Below the pieces are notes generated by a model, which was not told the DNA's origin, searched no databases, and was given only the letters and a program-made list of their open reading frames with translations. From positions 3,264,001-3,328,000 of the forward strand of contig CM000150.2 in the NCBI GenBank assembly GCA_000004695.1: DNA of 64,000 nt. The letters run 5' to 3'. The stretch's first letter is position 1. The number at the start of each line of letters is the position of its first letter. Both the position numbers and the translations under genes were made by a program. The DNA is from Dictyostelium discoideum (taxonomy: Eukaryota). Below, in pieces: positions 37,231-53,581 of this stretch.

Positions 37231-39141
37231 TTAATTTGTAACATTCATTGGTGGTACTTGTAAATATTCAACATGTTTTTCAATTGAAATTTCTAAACCA
37301 TTTGTATCTATTTCAGTATCAAAAATTTCAACAGATTCTAAACCATCAACTTTTCCAATAATCTCTTGTAATTTATTTTTTGTTACAGTACAATGATCTT
37401 TGGTGATTAAAATCATGAATCCACCACCACCAGCACCAGCCAAAGAATAACCATAAGTATAATCTTTGACAAGGTTAAATATTTGAACTATCCTTGTTGG
37501 TTCAGAACCAACAGCCATGGCTTTCTTTTGATTCCAATATTGTAATAAACAGGAACCAATCTCTTTGATATCACCTCTAATTAAAGCTTCCTTCATTGTT
37601 TTAGTGGTTTGAATGAGTGCTTCAGTATTTGAGAGAATCTCTTGAGTTTTAGCATACCATCTTCTAATTACATCTTGTAAAAGATCTCTTGCCAATCTTG
37701 TTCTACCAGTGTAAATTAATAATAAATGATCATTTATGGTTTGAATGGTTTGATCCGACATTGGTAATTGATTGGCAGTTACCATGATTTTATCTGATTT
37801 GCTATGGAATCTTGTACAGGAACCCTCTTTGAAGCCACCTAAAACACCACCAATTTGATCTTGCCAACCACCACCAGTTGTTAACATTTGTTCAACTTTT
37901 AGCACAGCATGGAATAAATGTTGATCAGAGTATTTATAACCATAAGCATAGGCCATTGCAGTTATAAGACCAGCTGCCAATATACTTGAAGTGCCTAAAC
38001 CTGAACCAGTTGGTAAATCTGAACTTGAGGTTACTTCCATACCACCACCTAAACTCTCCAATTGTTGTTTCAAAGTTTTACAAACTACAACACATGCTGT
38101 AGTGGTTGAGGTTGTAATAGTTTTTGCTTTTCTACCATCGACAGAACTGACATTATTGAAATTAATGCCATCACCATAATCGATTAAACCCAATTGAAGG
38201 AAACATGATTTTAACAATGATCCAGGAGCATGTGGTTGATCATAATCCATTAGATCATTTAATGAACGACAAATGATTGAATCACCAGTTTGACCAACAC
38301 GAAATATTAACACTGGTTCATCCAATCTTCTAACACGTGCTTCAATTGATTTCTTACCACGAATACGAATTGCAGCATTTAAAACCACACCACCATGTTC
38401 ATAACAAATTGGAGGTGTATCTGTCCAACCACCTGCTAAATCGATTCTAACTGGTAAAGAAACACAAATCCAATCTTTTGTTGTTGTTGTTGTTGTCGTT
38501 GGACTATTTGATGGATCTAATGGTTTCAATTCAGTTGGACAAGTATCAACTATATTTTTAATAACGATTTGACCAGCACCTTCATAATGTCTAGCAACAC
38601 GTATCATGCTTTCATAAGAGGTTAACCATTTTCTACGTTCCTTTATCAAAGAGAGGAAACCTTTTCTTTCATCATGATTTCTAAAATAATTGAATGACTT
38701 TTCAAATTGACTATTTCTAGCTGGACCAGAACGTAAACCACCTTGATTATTAACATAGATTGCCAATGTATCAGAGATACATGATAATAATCTACCAGTA
38801 TATTGTAATGGACATGATAATGAAATTCGATCCAATGTTTCCAATGCTTTACTTAATGGAATATTACATTCTGACCATTTCTTTACAAATGGTAAAATCG
38901 ATTGATCAATACCTTGAACTAATATATGTTCAATTTCCATTGAATCAACTTGAAATGATATCTCTCTTCTCCACTTAAATCCTGCTTCAATATCACCTTC
39001 AATCATCCATTTACTTGAATATTCTGATGCTCCTGTTGTAAATGATGTTGTACATGGTTTAATTCTTTCTGAATTTGAAATTATATTATCAACTAAATTA
39101 TTTGTATTAAAACTATAACAATTTTCATTACTATTATTTAA

Positions 39142-39201
<60 letters not shown>

Positions 39202-41445
39202 ATCAATATTATTATCATTATCATTATTATTATTAATATTATTATTAATATTATTATTATTATTATTAATATTATTATTATTATTATTATTACAATTGTT
39301 TGAATTTGAATTTTCAACAATTAAAACACCATCACCAACTTTATTTTCACTTAATTGTTGAACTTGTTGTTTAACTTCTAATTGAGTATAATCTAATAGA
39401 TAAGATTCACCAATGATATCAGCAACAGAGATACGTTTTGAAGATCTCCAACGACCAATTACAGATAATGGTGGTGATTCTTTATTTTGAATCCAAAGTG
39501 AAGCTTCATACATTTTTTCATCTTGATCATTGACAATAATTGGAAAAAGTCTTGCAGTTCTAAGTATTTTAGGTACACCTTTTGACCAAAGTTCATCGGG
39601 TGATACACCACTTGATAGTAAGAATTCTTCCCAATTTCTATTTGCAATTCTCGCAGTTGGATCATTATAGAAAGAGTTTAAATCATCTTCAATGCCTAAT
39701 ACTATTAATGCTTTTGGTGATTCAGAGATTGAATGTTTGATTTTAATTGATTTTAAACGAATTTCATTTACCATCATATTTGAATGAATATGAAAAGTTT
39801 CAAACAATGATTTTACACCGAAAACAATTGAACGTTCACCAATTGACCAATTACCAGTGAGTATAGAATCATAGATCACTGTGGTATCAAATGATTTACC
39901 TTTACCCATAAGAATACTATTTACAATGATACCTTTAACCGAATCTTGACAATCAATGAATGAATGCATCTTTTTTGAAATTATACTTTTTTCACCACTT
40001 GCACCAACACCAATATTTGAATTAATGAAATTTAAATAATCGGTTGGATTCTTTAAATAATAATAGGTTCCTTTAATTTTAATTGATCTAATTGGTGTTG
40101 TTCTAAATGAATCCCAAACCACTTTTCTTGCCTTTCTAACCAACGATTTGTGAGAACCATAGAAATAAGGTTGATTTAAATAACTTTCAAAAGTTTCATT
40201 CTTTGTCATTGAACATAGAATGTCAGGGAAAACACCAAATTTTAAAAGTTGTGAACCCGAGTCAACACCCAAATAAGTGCATGAATCCAATGGTGATGTA
40301 TTATGAAGATACAATAGTTTCTCTGTGGTTTTCTCACAAAAGAATATGATACCAGTATAAATTGAAGCAGTATCATCATTCTTTGAAATGAATCCATTTA
40401 CTTGTAAATACTCCTTTGGTTTCTTATAGGCAATCTCTAAGATTTCACCAGTCTCTTCATTAATTTTACACATACCATGATTTGTATAATAATCGGGGCC
40501 AACATTCATTGTGATCACAGATACACCCGATTGTTTCCAAAGTGTTTTACTCTTTAGATTTGAATCTTCTCTATTGAAAAATATTAAAGATTCAGTACTT
40601 GAAACCATAAAACCTGATTGTAAATTCAATACAATATCATTTAAATTTGATAATAAAATATCAATTGGATAAACTGGTTCATCACCGACATATTTCTTAT
40701 TTGACTTTTCATTTTTATTTTGACCATCTTGTTGTTGTTTATTTTGATTCTGGTGATGTTTAATAATATCAATATTTTTTAAAGGCATCATTGAGAATGA
40801 TTTTGTACATAAATTTACTAATGGTGCATGTTGATGTATACCACCATTTAAAAGTAATAAAATTCTTTTATTCTTTAAAATATCAACATCTAAATAACTT
40901 TTACCTGATAGTGCACTTAACTTTTCAGTTATTACAAATAATGAATTTATCATTGATGATCCACTTCCAACTTTTGTATAATGAGGTTTATGTAAATTCT
41001 CTTCATTTTCATCAATTTCATCACCATTATCATCAATATTATTTTTAATACCATGATTATGATATATTTTATGTTTTTCATTTTTATTATTATTATTATT
41101 ATCATTTTTATTTTTATTATTACTTGATTGATACTGTAATGGAATTTCACCAAATGTCTCTTGTTCTTCTTCATCATCAATTTCTTCTTGTGATTTTGAT
41201 CTTCTTTTTGTTTTCATTGGTCTATAACCAGTATTTATGTATGGATCAGGTATTGATATTAAAAATGTTTTCTTTGAAATTATACCTTCATTTTGTCTAT
41301 TTTGTAATTCTTTTAAAAACTCTTCAGCATGTTCATATTTTGGTGCTGTCACTGCTATAGCATCCCAATAAATATCTTCTTCTCCATTTTCATTTAAATT
41401 TTTATTCTCTCCAATATAATTATGTTGATAACTATGAAAATTCAT
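37231..41445 (-). CDS. L-fucose kinase (fucokinase; N-terminal fucokinase domain + C-terminal GHMP-kinase domain), 1404 aa, apparently single exon with poly-N inserts
   Basis: GHMP motifs 'LPTGSGLGTSSILAAGLI', 'TTGGGWQDQIGG', 'SLAGAGGGGFMILITK'; collinear with fucokinase ('DLAGGWTDTPP', 'DHLLLIYTGRTRLARDLLQDVIRRWYA', 'YTGIIFF…TEKLL'); ATG at 41445, TAA at 37231. Confidence 0.9.
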
Positions 41446-41523
41446 TTTATTATAAAATCAACACATATGTTTATAAATAAATTTAAATAAATATAAAATT
41501 AATTTTATAATAATTTTTTTTTT

Positions 41524-41606
<83 letters not shown>

Positions 41607-41787
41607 ATATGTTTTGTTTTGAGTGTGTTGGTGTTAATTATAAATGAAAAAAATTAAAAAAAAAAATTCAAAAAATTTAATTCAAAAAATTAATAATAAA
41701 AAATTTAATTTGAAAATGAAATTTCAAATAAAAATAAAAATAAAAAAAATAAAAAAGTAGAATATGTATTTGGAGGAGTGTCCAAAA

Positions 41788-44565
<2,778 letters not shown>

Positions 44566-45434
44566 TGCTACCTATTAACTTTTCATTAACAAAATTTATA
44601 TGTGATTATGAAAAAAAAAAAAAATAAAAAAAAAAAACAAAATGAAAAAAATCTTATGTACTTTGAAAATTAATAAAAAAAAAAAAAAAATTTAAAAAAC
44701 ACCCTTCCTTTTTTATTTTTAATAATAATTATTTTCAAATAGCCTTTTTTAGACCAAATCCCATTAAAAAAAATTAAGAATTTATTTTGGTATAAAAGGT
44801 CCAATTTTTTTATTTTATTTATATGGACAGTCTCAAAAAAATTACCTTTAATAAATAAAATTAAAAATTTAAAAATTAAAAAAAAAAAAAAATAAAAAAA
44901 TAATTAATCTAACATTTTTTTATTTAATCTGGTCCATTATTTGATTTTTTTTAATTCAAAAGGAATTTGGATATTGTAAAAAGGAATCTACCAAATTTGA
45001 ACCATAAAAAAACTCAAAATGATTTTTAAATTAACAAATTTTTAATTTATTTGGTGTATAAATGTTTGATTAAATTTTACCAATTAAATCAAATAAATTT
45101 TTTTAAAATATATTCCTTCTCATTGTTCCTAAAAATGGAAATACAAAAAATCTTAAAAAATGTTCTAAAATTAAAATTAAAATTAAATTAAAAAAAAAAA
45201 AAAAAAGAAAATCTATGGATGATTAAATTGTTTTCAAAATAAATATATTATCACAATCGGATGTGATAAAATTAAACTATTTATTAATTATTAGGGAGAG
45301 GGAAGATTTTTTTTTTTCCAGAACTTTTAATGATATTTGATTATTATTATTATTATTTTATTATTATTTGTTTATTTATTATTATTATTATTTTATTATT
45401 ATTATCAGTATTATTATTATTTTTATTTTTATTA

Positions 45435-45544
<110 letters not shown>

Positions 45545-45630
45545 TGTGCTATTATTATTTTTTATTTTTATTAATATTATAATTTATTTATTATTTATTA
45601 TTATTTATTTATTTATTATTTTTTAATTAT

Positions 45631-45659
<29 letters not shown>

Positions 45660-45664
<5 letters not shown>

Positions 45665-47768
45665 GATATTGATTTTCATTTGGATGGTAACCTCTTGGTG
45701 GGTGAGTCATATAAGAATAAGGTGGAACTTGTTGATTTAAACGATTTGAAGGAGAATCTTGTTGTGGTGAATTTTGAGATACAACTTGACCTTGTTGTGG
45801 AATTATCATTGGTTGCACTTGAGGATAACCTTGTGGTGGTGGTTGATAAAATCTTTTATTACCACCTTGAATACCTTGGGGTGGCATTGGGTATTGAGGA
45901 TGTGGTACGGCATAAGGTGGGTGAGCACCTTGGAATACAAATGGTTGATTGGGTGGACCATTTGAGATGACTAAATTAGCACCGGGTGGAATACCTTGAA
46001 TGAATTGTGGTGGTGGTTGTTGTTGTTGTTGTTGTGGTTGTTGTTGTGGTGGTAGATGGCCACCTCTTTGGACACCCATTGGACCTCCAGGTTGACCAGT
46101 TTGTTGTTGTTGTTGCTGTTGTTGTTGATACATTGTTTTTGGAGCACCGCCTGCAGATGGTTGAACTACACCGCCCTGTGGCTGTACGATACCTTGAGGT
46201 TGAACGATACCTTGTGGTTGAACGACACCACCGCCACCTGGTTGTAAAGAACCTGGTGGTTTCATTGTGTGTACATTTACACCAGGTGGTACTTGTTGTA
46301 ATTGTGGTGGTACCATATGATGATGTGGTTGTAATTGTGGATGACCTTGTTGTGAATAAAATTGTGGATTGAATTGAAGTTGTGGAGGTGGTTGATGACC
46401 AACCATATGATGATGTGCTCTCATTTGATAGGCTGCAGCATATGGATCCTCTTCATAACGTGGATAAAATGGATCAACCCAATACAATGAAACTTGATCG
46501 GGTGATTCTGGTTGTAATTGTCTCTTTCTCATTGAATCATAATAGATCTCATTGATTGGTGTAACACTATCAGTATTTGATTCAGTTGTTGATTTAAATG
46601 ATGGTTGTGGTTTATTAACTACAACTGGTACAAATTCTTTTGCATTTGGATTTAATTTTAATTTTGATAATTTAGTTACAGTTGTAGTATTATTATTATT
46701 ATTATTGGTGGTATTAGTAGTGGTAGTAGTAGTATTAGATGATGATGATGATTCATCTTTCTTTTCAACTAATGTAGAAGATTGATCTTTATCTTTTTCA
46801 TCAGATTTTTCTTTTTCTTTTTCTTTTTCTTTTTCATCAACTTTTTCTTTTTCTTTTTCCTTTTCTTTTTCTTTATCATCAGATTTATTTTCTGTTAAAA
46901 TTGTAGTTGTGATTGGTGTTGTAGTTGATTTATCATCTTCAGTAGTAGAGGGGGTGGTAGAATTTGTTGCTGTTGTTGTGGTGGTGGTGGTATTTGTAGT
47001 TGGTGGTGAAGTAGTAGAAGTATTTGTACTTGTAGAAGAACCAGATAATGATAATTGAGTTGGAGTTGGACGTGGTGAACCAGAACCAATTAATGGTGAA
47101 CCAGGTCTAGATTTTGATTTAATTACTAAATTACTACTAAAACTTTTTAATCCTTGAGTTTCAGAACCACGATCAACATTGTTAATTTTTAATTTAAAGT
47201 TATTGAAATCATTTACAAATTTCTCTGGTACGGTTGGAGTTGCCAATTCCAATGATAATGCTTTCACCAAACCATGATTTGAAACGATGGTTGGTACTGG
47301 TGATTTTGGAGCTTGATCACTATGGACCGATGAGAGTAATGGTGTGCCGTTTGGACCAACATTGCCACTACCATTTACTGGTGTGGTTGAAATGTTTGAA
47401 CCAGATTTATTCATTGATTTATTAGTTGGTTCCGATAAGATTTGTCTGTATCTTGTGTAAGCAACTGAACGTGGTGATAAATTTTCACGTGGTGATCCCA
47501 TTACATCTTGATCAATTGTTGATTGATGTAAACGTAATTTTGAAATTGTTGGTGATTCTCTATCACCTAATGGTGAATTAACATTTGTATTTGTTGCTGT
47601 TGGTGTATTATTTGTACTTGTAGTTGCAGTAGTAGTAGTTATATTTTTTGGTGTTGATGGTGTTGATGGTGTTGAACTTGTACTAGATGATGATGGTGAT
47701 TCATTTGTTGTTGTAGTAGTTGAAGTGGATGTAGAAGCTGTTGCTGTTGCTGTTGTTGTTGGTTGGGT

Positions 47769-47856
<88 letters not shown>

Positions 47857-49064
47857 GTTTGTTTTTTATCTTGATGAGTTTGTTGGTGTTTTTTATCTAC
47901 AATTGGTGGTGAAGTTACTGATGGAGTTGATGGTGTATTATTATTATTATTACGTTTGGATGGTGGAATATAAACAGATGATGATGGTGTTGGATTTTGA
48001 GTTGGTGGTGAAGTTGTAGTTGATGTTGTTGAAGTTGGAAGTAATCCTTTTCTAACAACAGAACTATAACGTTCCTCTTCATCATAATCTGCACCTTCAA
48101 CAAAACCACGTTCTTCTAATAAATGAATATTACCTGATTTTTCCTATTTAAATGAATAAAAAAATAATAAATATTAATATTAAATTTTGTTTTGTATATT
48201 TTTTTTTTTTTTTGTATTTTTTTTTTTTTTTTTTACATTTTCAATTTCTTGAGCTTTCTTTTCAGCAACAGATTGATTTATTTTATAAAATTCGGAATCT
48301 CTATCTAAACGAGTTGTATAAATTTCTTCTTCATAAGTTGTTCTAACACCAAATAATTTTTCATTTGTTTCAAATTGATCCCAATTTGCAGGTTTTTTAG
48401 CCTCACTATTTGCAGCGAAATCATCGAGTGATTCGCCAACTGATGGGTCGGGTGTCCATGGTGTTAATTCACGTTCTTTTAAGTTACCATCAAATCCACT
48501 CAATTCTGTATCTGTAATGAATGATTGTTGATCTCTATTCATAAAACTATCTCTATAATGATCCAATACTACACCTGTTGCTGTGATTTGTAGGAAATCT
48601 TTGGCTTCAATGATAACCAATGGTAGTGGTAATGTTGTGATAACTCTATTGTTGGTATCTTTTTTTCTTGCCATTTTTAATGCAACACCCCAACCACCTC
48701 CACTACTACCTGTTGATGTTGATGTTGTATGTAATATACCCTCATATACATCACCATTCTTTAAGGTGACACTTACATTTTGACCTACTAAACTCATTGA
48801 CATAAATACTGTTCTCTCTTTCATTGCTGTTAAACTATCGAATGGTTGTTGTTGTTGTTGTTGTTGTTGCTGTTGTTGTTGTTGTTGTTGTTGATGATGT
48901 TGTTGATTATGGTGTGATTGATGAGGTGATTTATTATTGCTGCTATTTCTATTATTATTATTATTATTATGTTTAGGTGATCCATAACCACCACCTCCAC
49001 TATTATTTCCACCGCCACCACCGCCACCACCTACAAATTTCTTTTTATCTTTTGATTGACTCAT
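45660..49064 (-). CDS. Ataxin-2 homologue (LSm + LsmAD domains, several poly-Q tracts, C-terminal PAM2 motif, P/Q-rich tail); 2 exons (48237..49064, 45660..48143), ~1103 aa
   Basis: LSm 'RTVFMSMSLVGQNVSVTLKNGDVYEGILHT'; LsmAD 'WDQFETNEKLFGVRTTYEEEIYTTRLDRDSEFYKINQSVAEKKAQEIEN'; donor gtaaaaa at 48236, acceptor aaatag 48144/48145, exon 2 in phase 0 (EKSGNIHLLEERGFVEGADYDEEERYSSVVRKG…); PAM2 'LNPNAKEFVP'; pure (CAA)~30 tract 47769..47857. Confidence 0.85.
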
Positions 49065-49511
49065 TTCTCTTGTCTGTATGTTTAGGTGTATGTATGTATG
49101 TATGTATGTGTGTTCTATGAGTATTTAAAAGTATATATATGTGTGTTTGAGACTACAAATACTAATTAGTATTGTTTAAATTTTTGGCTTTATTGCTCTA
49201 TTGGTTTTATTGTTATTGTTATTGTTATTTATTATTATTAACTATTGTAATTATATTATTATTATTATTATTGCGCAAATATTAATATAAGATATGAACG
49301 TTTATTATTATTATTATTATTATAATGTTGAATACGTTCTTTGATTTTTCTTTATTTTAAAGATTTTTTAAAAATAGACTTTTTAAAAAAAAGAATTATT
49401 TATTTTTTTTTAAAGAAAAAAAATTTACAAAAAAAAAAGTATGGTGTTGTGATCCACTGAATGTGTAAAAGTTTAAGTTTGTAATGTAAAAAAAAAAAAA
49501 AAAAAAATTGA

Positions 49512-49553
<42 letters not shown>

Positions 49554-50084
49554 AAAATTAAAAATAAAAAATATAAAAAAAAATAAAATAAAAAAAATTT
49601 TAAAATTGGAATTCACATTTGGTTGACCGAGAACCTCCCATATTTACATATCGGCAAATGAAATCACCAATTTTCCAACTTCATTAAAATGTTAGTTATA
49701 CATTATTTAATTATATACCAAAATGTATACAAAATATTAATTTTTTTTTTTCCTTAAAAAAAATAAAATAAAAAAATAAAAAATTTTTGAAAATCTAAAA
49801 TAAATCTTTGTGTGTCAAAAAAAAATTAAATATAAATTATTTTTTTAATTATTATTATTATTATTTTATTATTACCTAATAATAATAAAAAAATAAAAAA
49901 TAAAAATTTTGATTATTTCCTTAATTAAAAGGAAAAAAAAAAAAAAAAAGAAATAAGGTATTTTATTTTGGTATATTTTATTGGAATCCAATCTTTTGAA
50001 GAAAAACATGTCAATTGGACTCACATTTTTTAGAATCCTAACTGGAGTCGAACTAGTGACTTTGTTTATTTTATCATAAAATAT

Positions 50085-50155
50085 GGGGAGATCCGAGAAT
50101 CGAACTCAGGACGCTACCACCCAAAGGTAGCATTATACCACTTAACTAATCTCCC
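50085..50155 (-). tRNA. tRNA-Pro (anticodon UGG), 71 nt without CCA
   Basis: Minus-strand GGGAGATTAGTTAAGTGGTATAATGCTACCTTTGGGTGGTAGCGTCCTGAGTTCGATTCTCGGATCTCCCC: 7-bp acceptor stem GGGAGAT/ATCTCCC, D-arm GTTA…TAAT, anticodon stem CTACC/GGTAG with loop TTTGGGT (U33, anticodon TGG, G37), T-loop TTCGATT. Confidence 0.8.
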
Positions 50156-50817
50156 ATTTTGATGAAATTTTTAGTTTTTTTGAAAAAAAAAAGGACGATT
50201 CCGATCCCCCATTTTGGTCAAATTGGGGTTTTAATTAAAATAATATCCCAATTAATAATTTTCCTTATTGGTGGAAGTTTGAAAAAATATTCCACTTAAC
50301 TAATCTCCCATTTTGATATTTTGAACATCATTAAGCAGCTACATTACTCCCATTTTGGGATGTTTAACATTTGGCAATATCTAAATTTCAGTATAAAAGT
50401 ATTTGAAAACAAACAATAAAACCATTATGATATGTTTAGAATATATAAATAGAATTTGTTTGTGTTTAATAATGATTTATACTTAAACTTCATTATATTA
50501 TATTAATTCATTTTTTTTTTTTGGTTTTTAATCAGCTCAAAAAATAGAGCTAAATATTGTTCAACTAATATAATTCAATTACACAAATCAAAAAAATATT
50601 AAATTATTTAATATTTGAATTCAAAAATAATATAAAGTTACTTTAAAATTTATGTTGGAAATTATCAAAATTATTAACTAAACCTAAAAATATTACCATG
50701 ATACAAGATAATAAAAAAATAGGTTCAAGTATGCTTAGGGTAAATTAATTAAAAAATGTTTACCGTATTTTGAATATTTTTTTTCCAAAAAAAAATAAAA
50801 TAATAATGTTACAAATA

Positions 50818-50915
<98 letters not shown>

Positions 50916-50987
50916 TAAAAAGATTTATAATTTTAAAAAAAAAAATTCGATTTTTTAAATAATTTTATTTTGTTTTTAATAAAATTT

Positions 50988-52018
50988 TTAGAATAATAAA
51001 GCAATAATGGCAACAATTAATAAGACAAATGATGGCAAAATAACAGATGAAGATGATGGGGTGTTACAAACTGGGTAAACTGGTGCATCACCACAAGTGT
51101 TTGTTTGAACAATACAATTATTGTTATCACAGATTTCAGATCTACAGTGTTTCATGAGACATGAATCTGGACCTAATTCGATATTTTCAATGCTTGGACA
51201 TTCATGTTCAATAGCACATGTGGCCAAGTTTTGGACAGAGGTTTGACAATTTGAAGCCAAGTTGAATGGACTAGCAGTGCATTTACCAGTTATAATTTGT
51301 GAGGTAGAAGTACATTGGCAACTTGAACCATATGCTGATGGACAAGAGTTGGCGATATCCATACAATCACCAGTTGGGATTGAGTTTTGTGGAGATTGAC
51401 AGGTACCAGCTTGGCAAACTAAAGTAGCAGCACATTCGTAACGGAAACCAGAACCTAATTGAACAAATGAAGAACCGTGGACTGAACAAGTGTCACCTTG
51501 GACTTTGTTGAAATTTGATTGACAGAATAAATCACCAGAGTTATCACCTTGTTTGGCACCACAATAGTTGTTGTATGGGCATTGACCGTCTCTAGTACAT
51601 TTTGCACCGGTAGCATAAAGTGTTCTACATTGGACTGGAGTATTTAATGAGTTAGTACCATTACAGAATTGACCAAATGGACATTGACCATCGTTAGAAC
51701 AAATAACGTGTGGTTTCAATGAGCAAATCTCTTCATTACATGTTAAACCATTACCACATTGGTAGTCTGAATTACAACTTTCACCAAAACCTAAATAATC
51801 TGGCATAGCACAAGTTTGTAAATTACCTTTGGTGGTTGTAACAGAACGACATGCGAATGGTTCTGCACATTCTGTGAATGGGGTGCCACAAGTTTCTCCT
51901 AAACCACTTAATTTAGTACAAACTGGGGTAAAGATTACTGAACTAGATGGACAAAAAGTACCATATTCACATGTAATATCAACTACACTATTATCTGTAA
52001 AATTACTATAAATTTATA

Positions 52019-52074
<56 letters not shown>

Positions 52075-52261
52075 AAAATTAGATTCTTTAAAATAGTAGG
52101 AAGAAATAATAATAACCAAAAAAAAAAAAAAGATTAAAAACTTACTAATTATTAATGTTACAATTTTCACCTTCTTTTACACAAACACCAATAGAACAAT
52201 ATTGAGCATTCGTTGCTACAATTGAAGCTGCAAGAGCTAAAAGTCCATAAATAAACTTCAT
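50988..52261 (-). CDS. Secreted cysteine-rich repeat protein (signal peptide, >30 Cys, C-terminal hydrophobic segment suggesting GPI anchor or TM); 2 exons (52146..52261, 50988..52005)
   Basis: Exon1 MKFIYGLLALAASIVATNAQYCSIGVCVKEGENCNINN + phase-2 donor gtaagt (52145); acceptor tttatag (52006/52007); repeats 'DGQCPFGQFCNG', 'DGQCPYNNYCGA', 'DYQCGNGLTCNEEIC'; C-terminus SVILPSFVLLIVAIIALLF*. Confidence 0.6.
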
Positions 52262-52964
52262 TTTAATTTTATATATTTATATATTTTTATTTAAAAAAAA
52301 AAAAATATTAATAATTAAAATTTGGAAAACTAAATTATTTAAATAATTTTTTTTTTTTTTGAAAAATCAGAAAAAAAAAAAAAAAAAAAATTATTAATAA
52401 TTAAAAATAAATTATAAAAATTTTGTTTTTAATTCATAGAAACTATAAAAATATCTTAAAAAACTGCTGTAACACGATAGGATATTTATAACTTTTTTTC
52501 AATTTTTTTTTTTTTTTTTTTCTGATTTTTTTATTAATTTGATTTGGTTTTAAATTTTTTTTTTCTGATTTTTTTTTTTTTTTTTTTTTTACTTAATTTT
52601 TTTAATAAAGTAAATAATTTTAATTTTTTATATGTAAATTTCGTATTTTTATTTTTATAAATATTTTTTTTTCTTTTTTTTTTTTCTCTCTAAATAATTT
52701 TAATTTTTTTATTTAATAAATTTTTTTATTTGTTGATTTTTTTATTATTTTTAATATTATTTTCCATTTTTTTTTTATTATTATTACGTAAAGCTCTTCA
52801 ATGAAACTTTTTAAGTTAACCATTTCTGATTTGAAATTTTATCAATTTTCAAAAAAACGGAAAAAATATCTTTTTTTCGATTTTTTTTAGCTTTTCAAAA
52901 TTTTAACCTTTCACAAAATTTATGAAAGAAGAGATCACACAAAAAGATTCAACTGATGAATTAT

Positions 52965-53006
<42 letters not shown>

Positions 53007-53581
53007 AAATAATTATTATTAGAATTAATCTAATCAGAAATTTTAAAAATAAAAAAAAATAAAAATAAAAATAAAAACAAAAAAAAAAAAAAAGGTATGA
53101 AAACCTGTCACCTGACTATCCTTAAAATTTGATAATTATCTTTGAATAAAAAAAAAAAAAAAAAAAAAAATGGAAAATAATATTAAAAATAATAAAAAAA
53201 ATAATAAATTAAAATTGAACAAAAAAATTTTTTTTTTAAAAATAAAATTTTGTGATTGACTAAATTTAATTATAACAATCAATATATCCATAAACATCAC
53301 AAATAAACGAATCACCAATTCTTAAAATAAAACTTAAAATATCTTTAGTTTATTATTATTATTATTTTTTATTTTATTTTTTTTTTATTTATTTTATTAT
53401 TATTTTTTTTTTTTTCTATCCCCAACTCAAATTAATGAATTATTGACCAGAATTTGTTTTTTTTTTTTTTTTTTTTTGATATTTTTGATCTTTTCATTTT
53501 TTTAATCCTTTTTTTTTTTTTATTTTTTTGAAAAAAAAAGAAAAAAAAAGGTGGAAATTTACATGAAAAAAAGGTGGAAAT

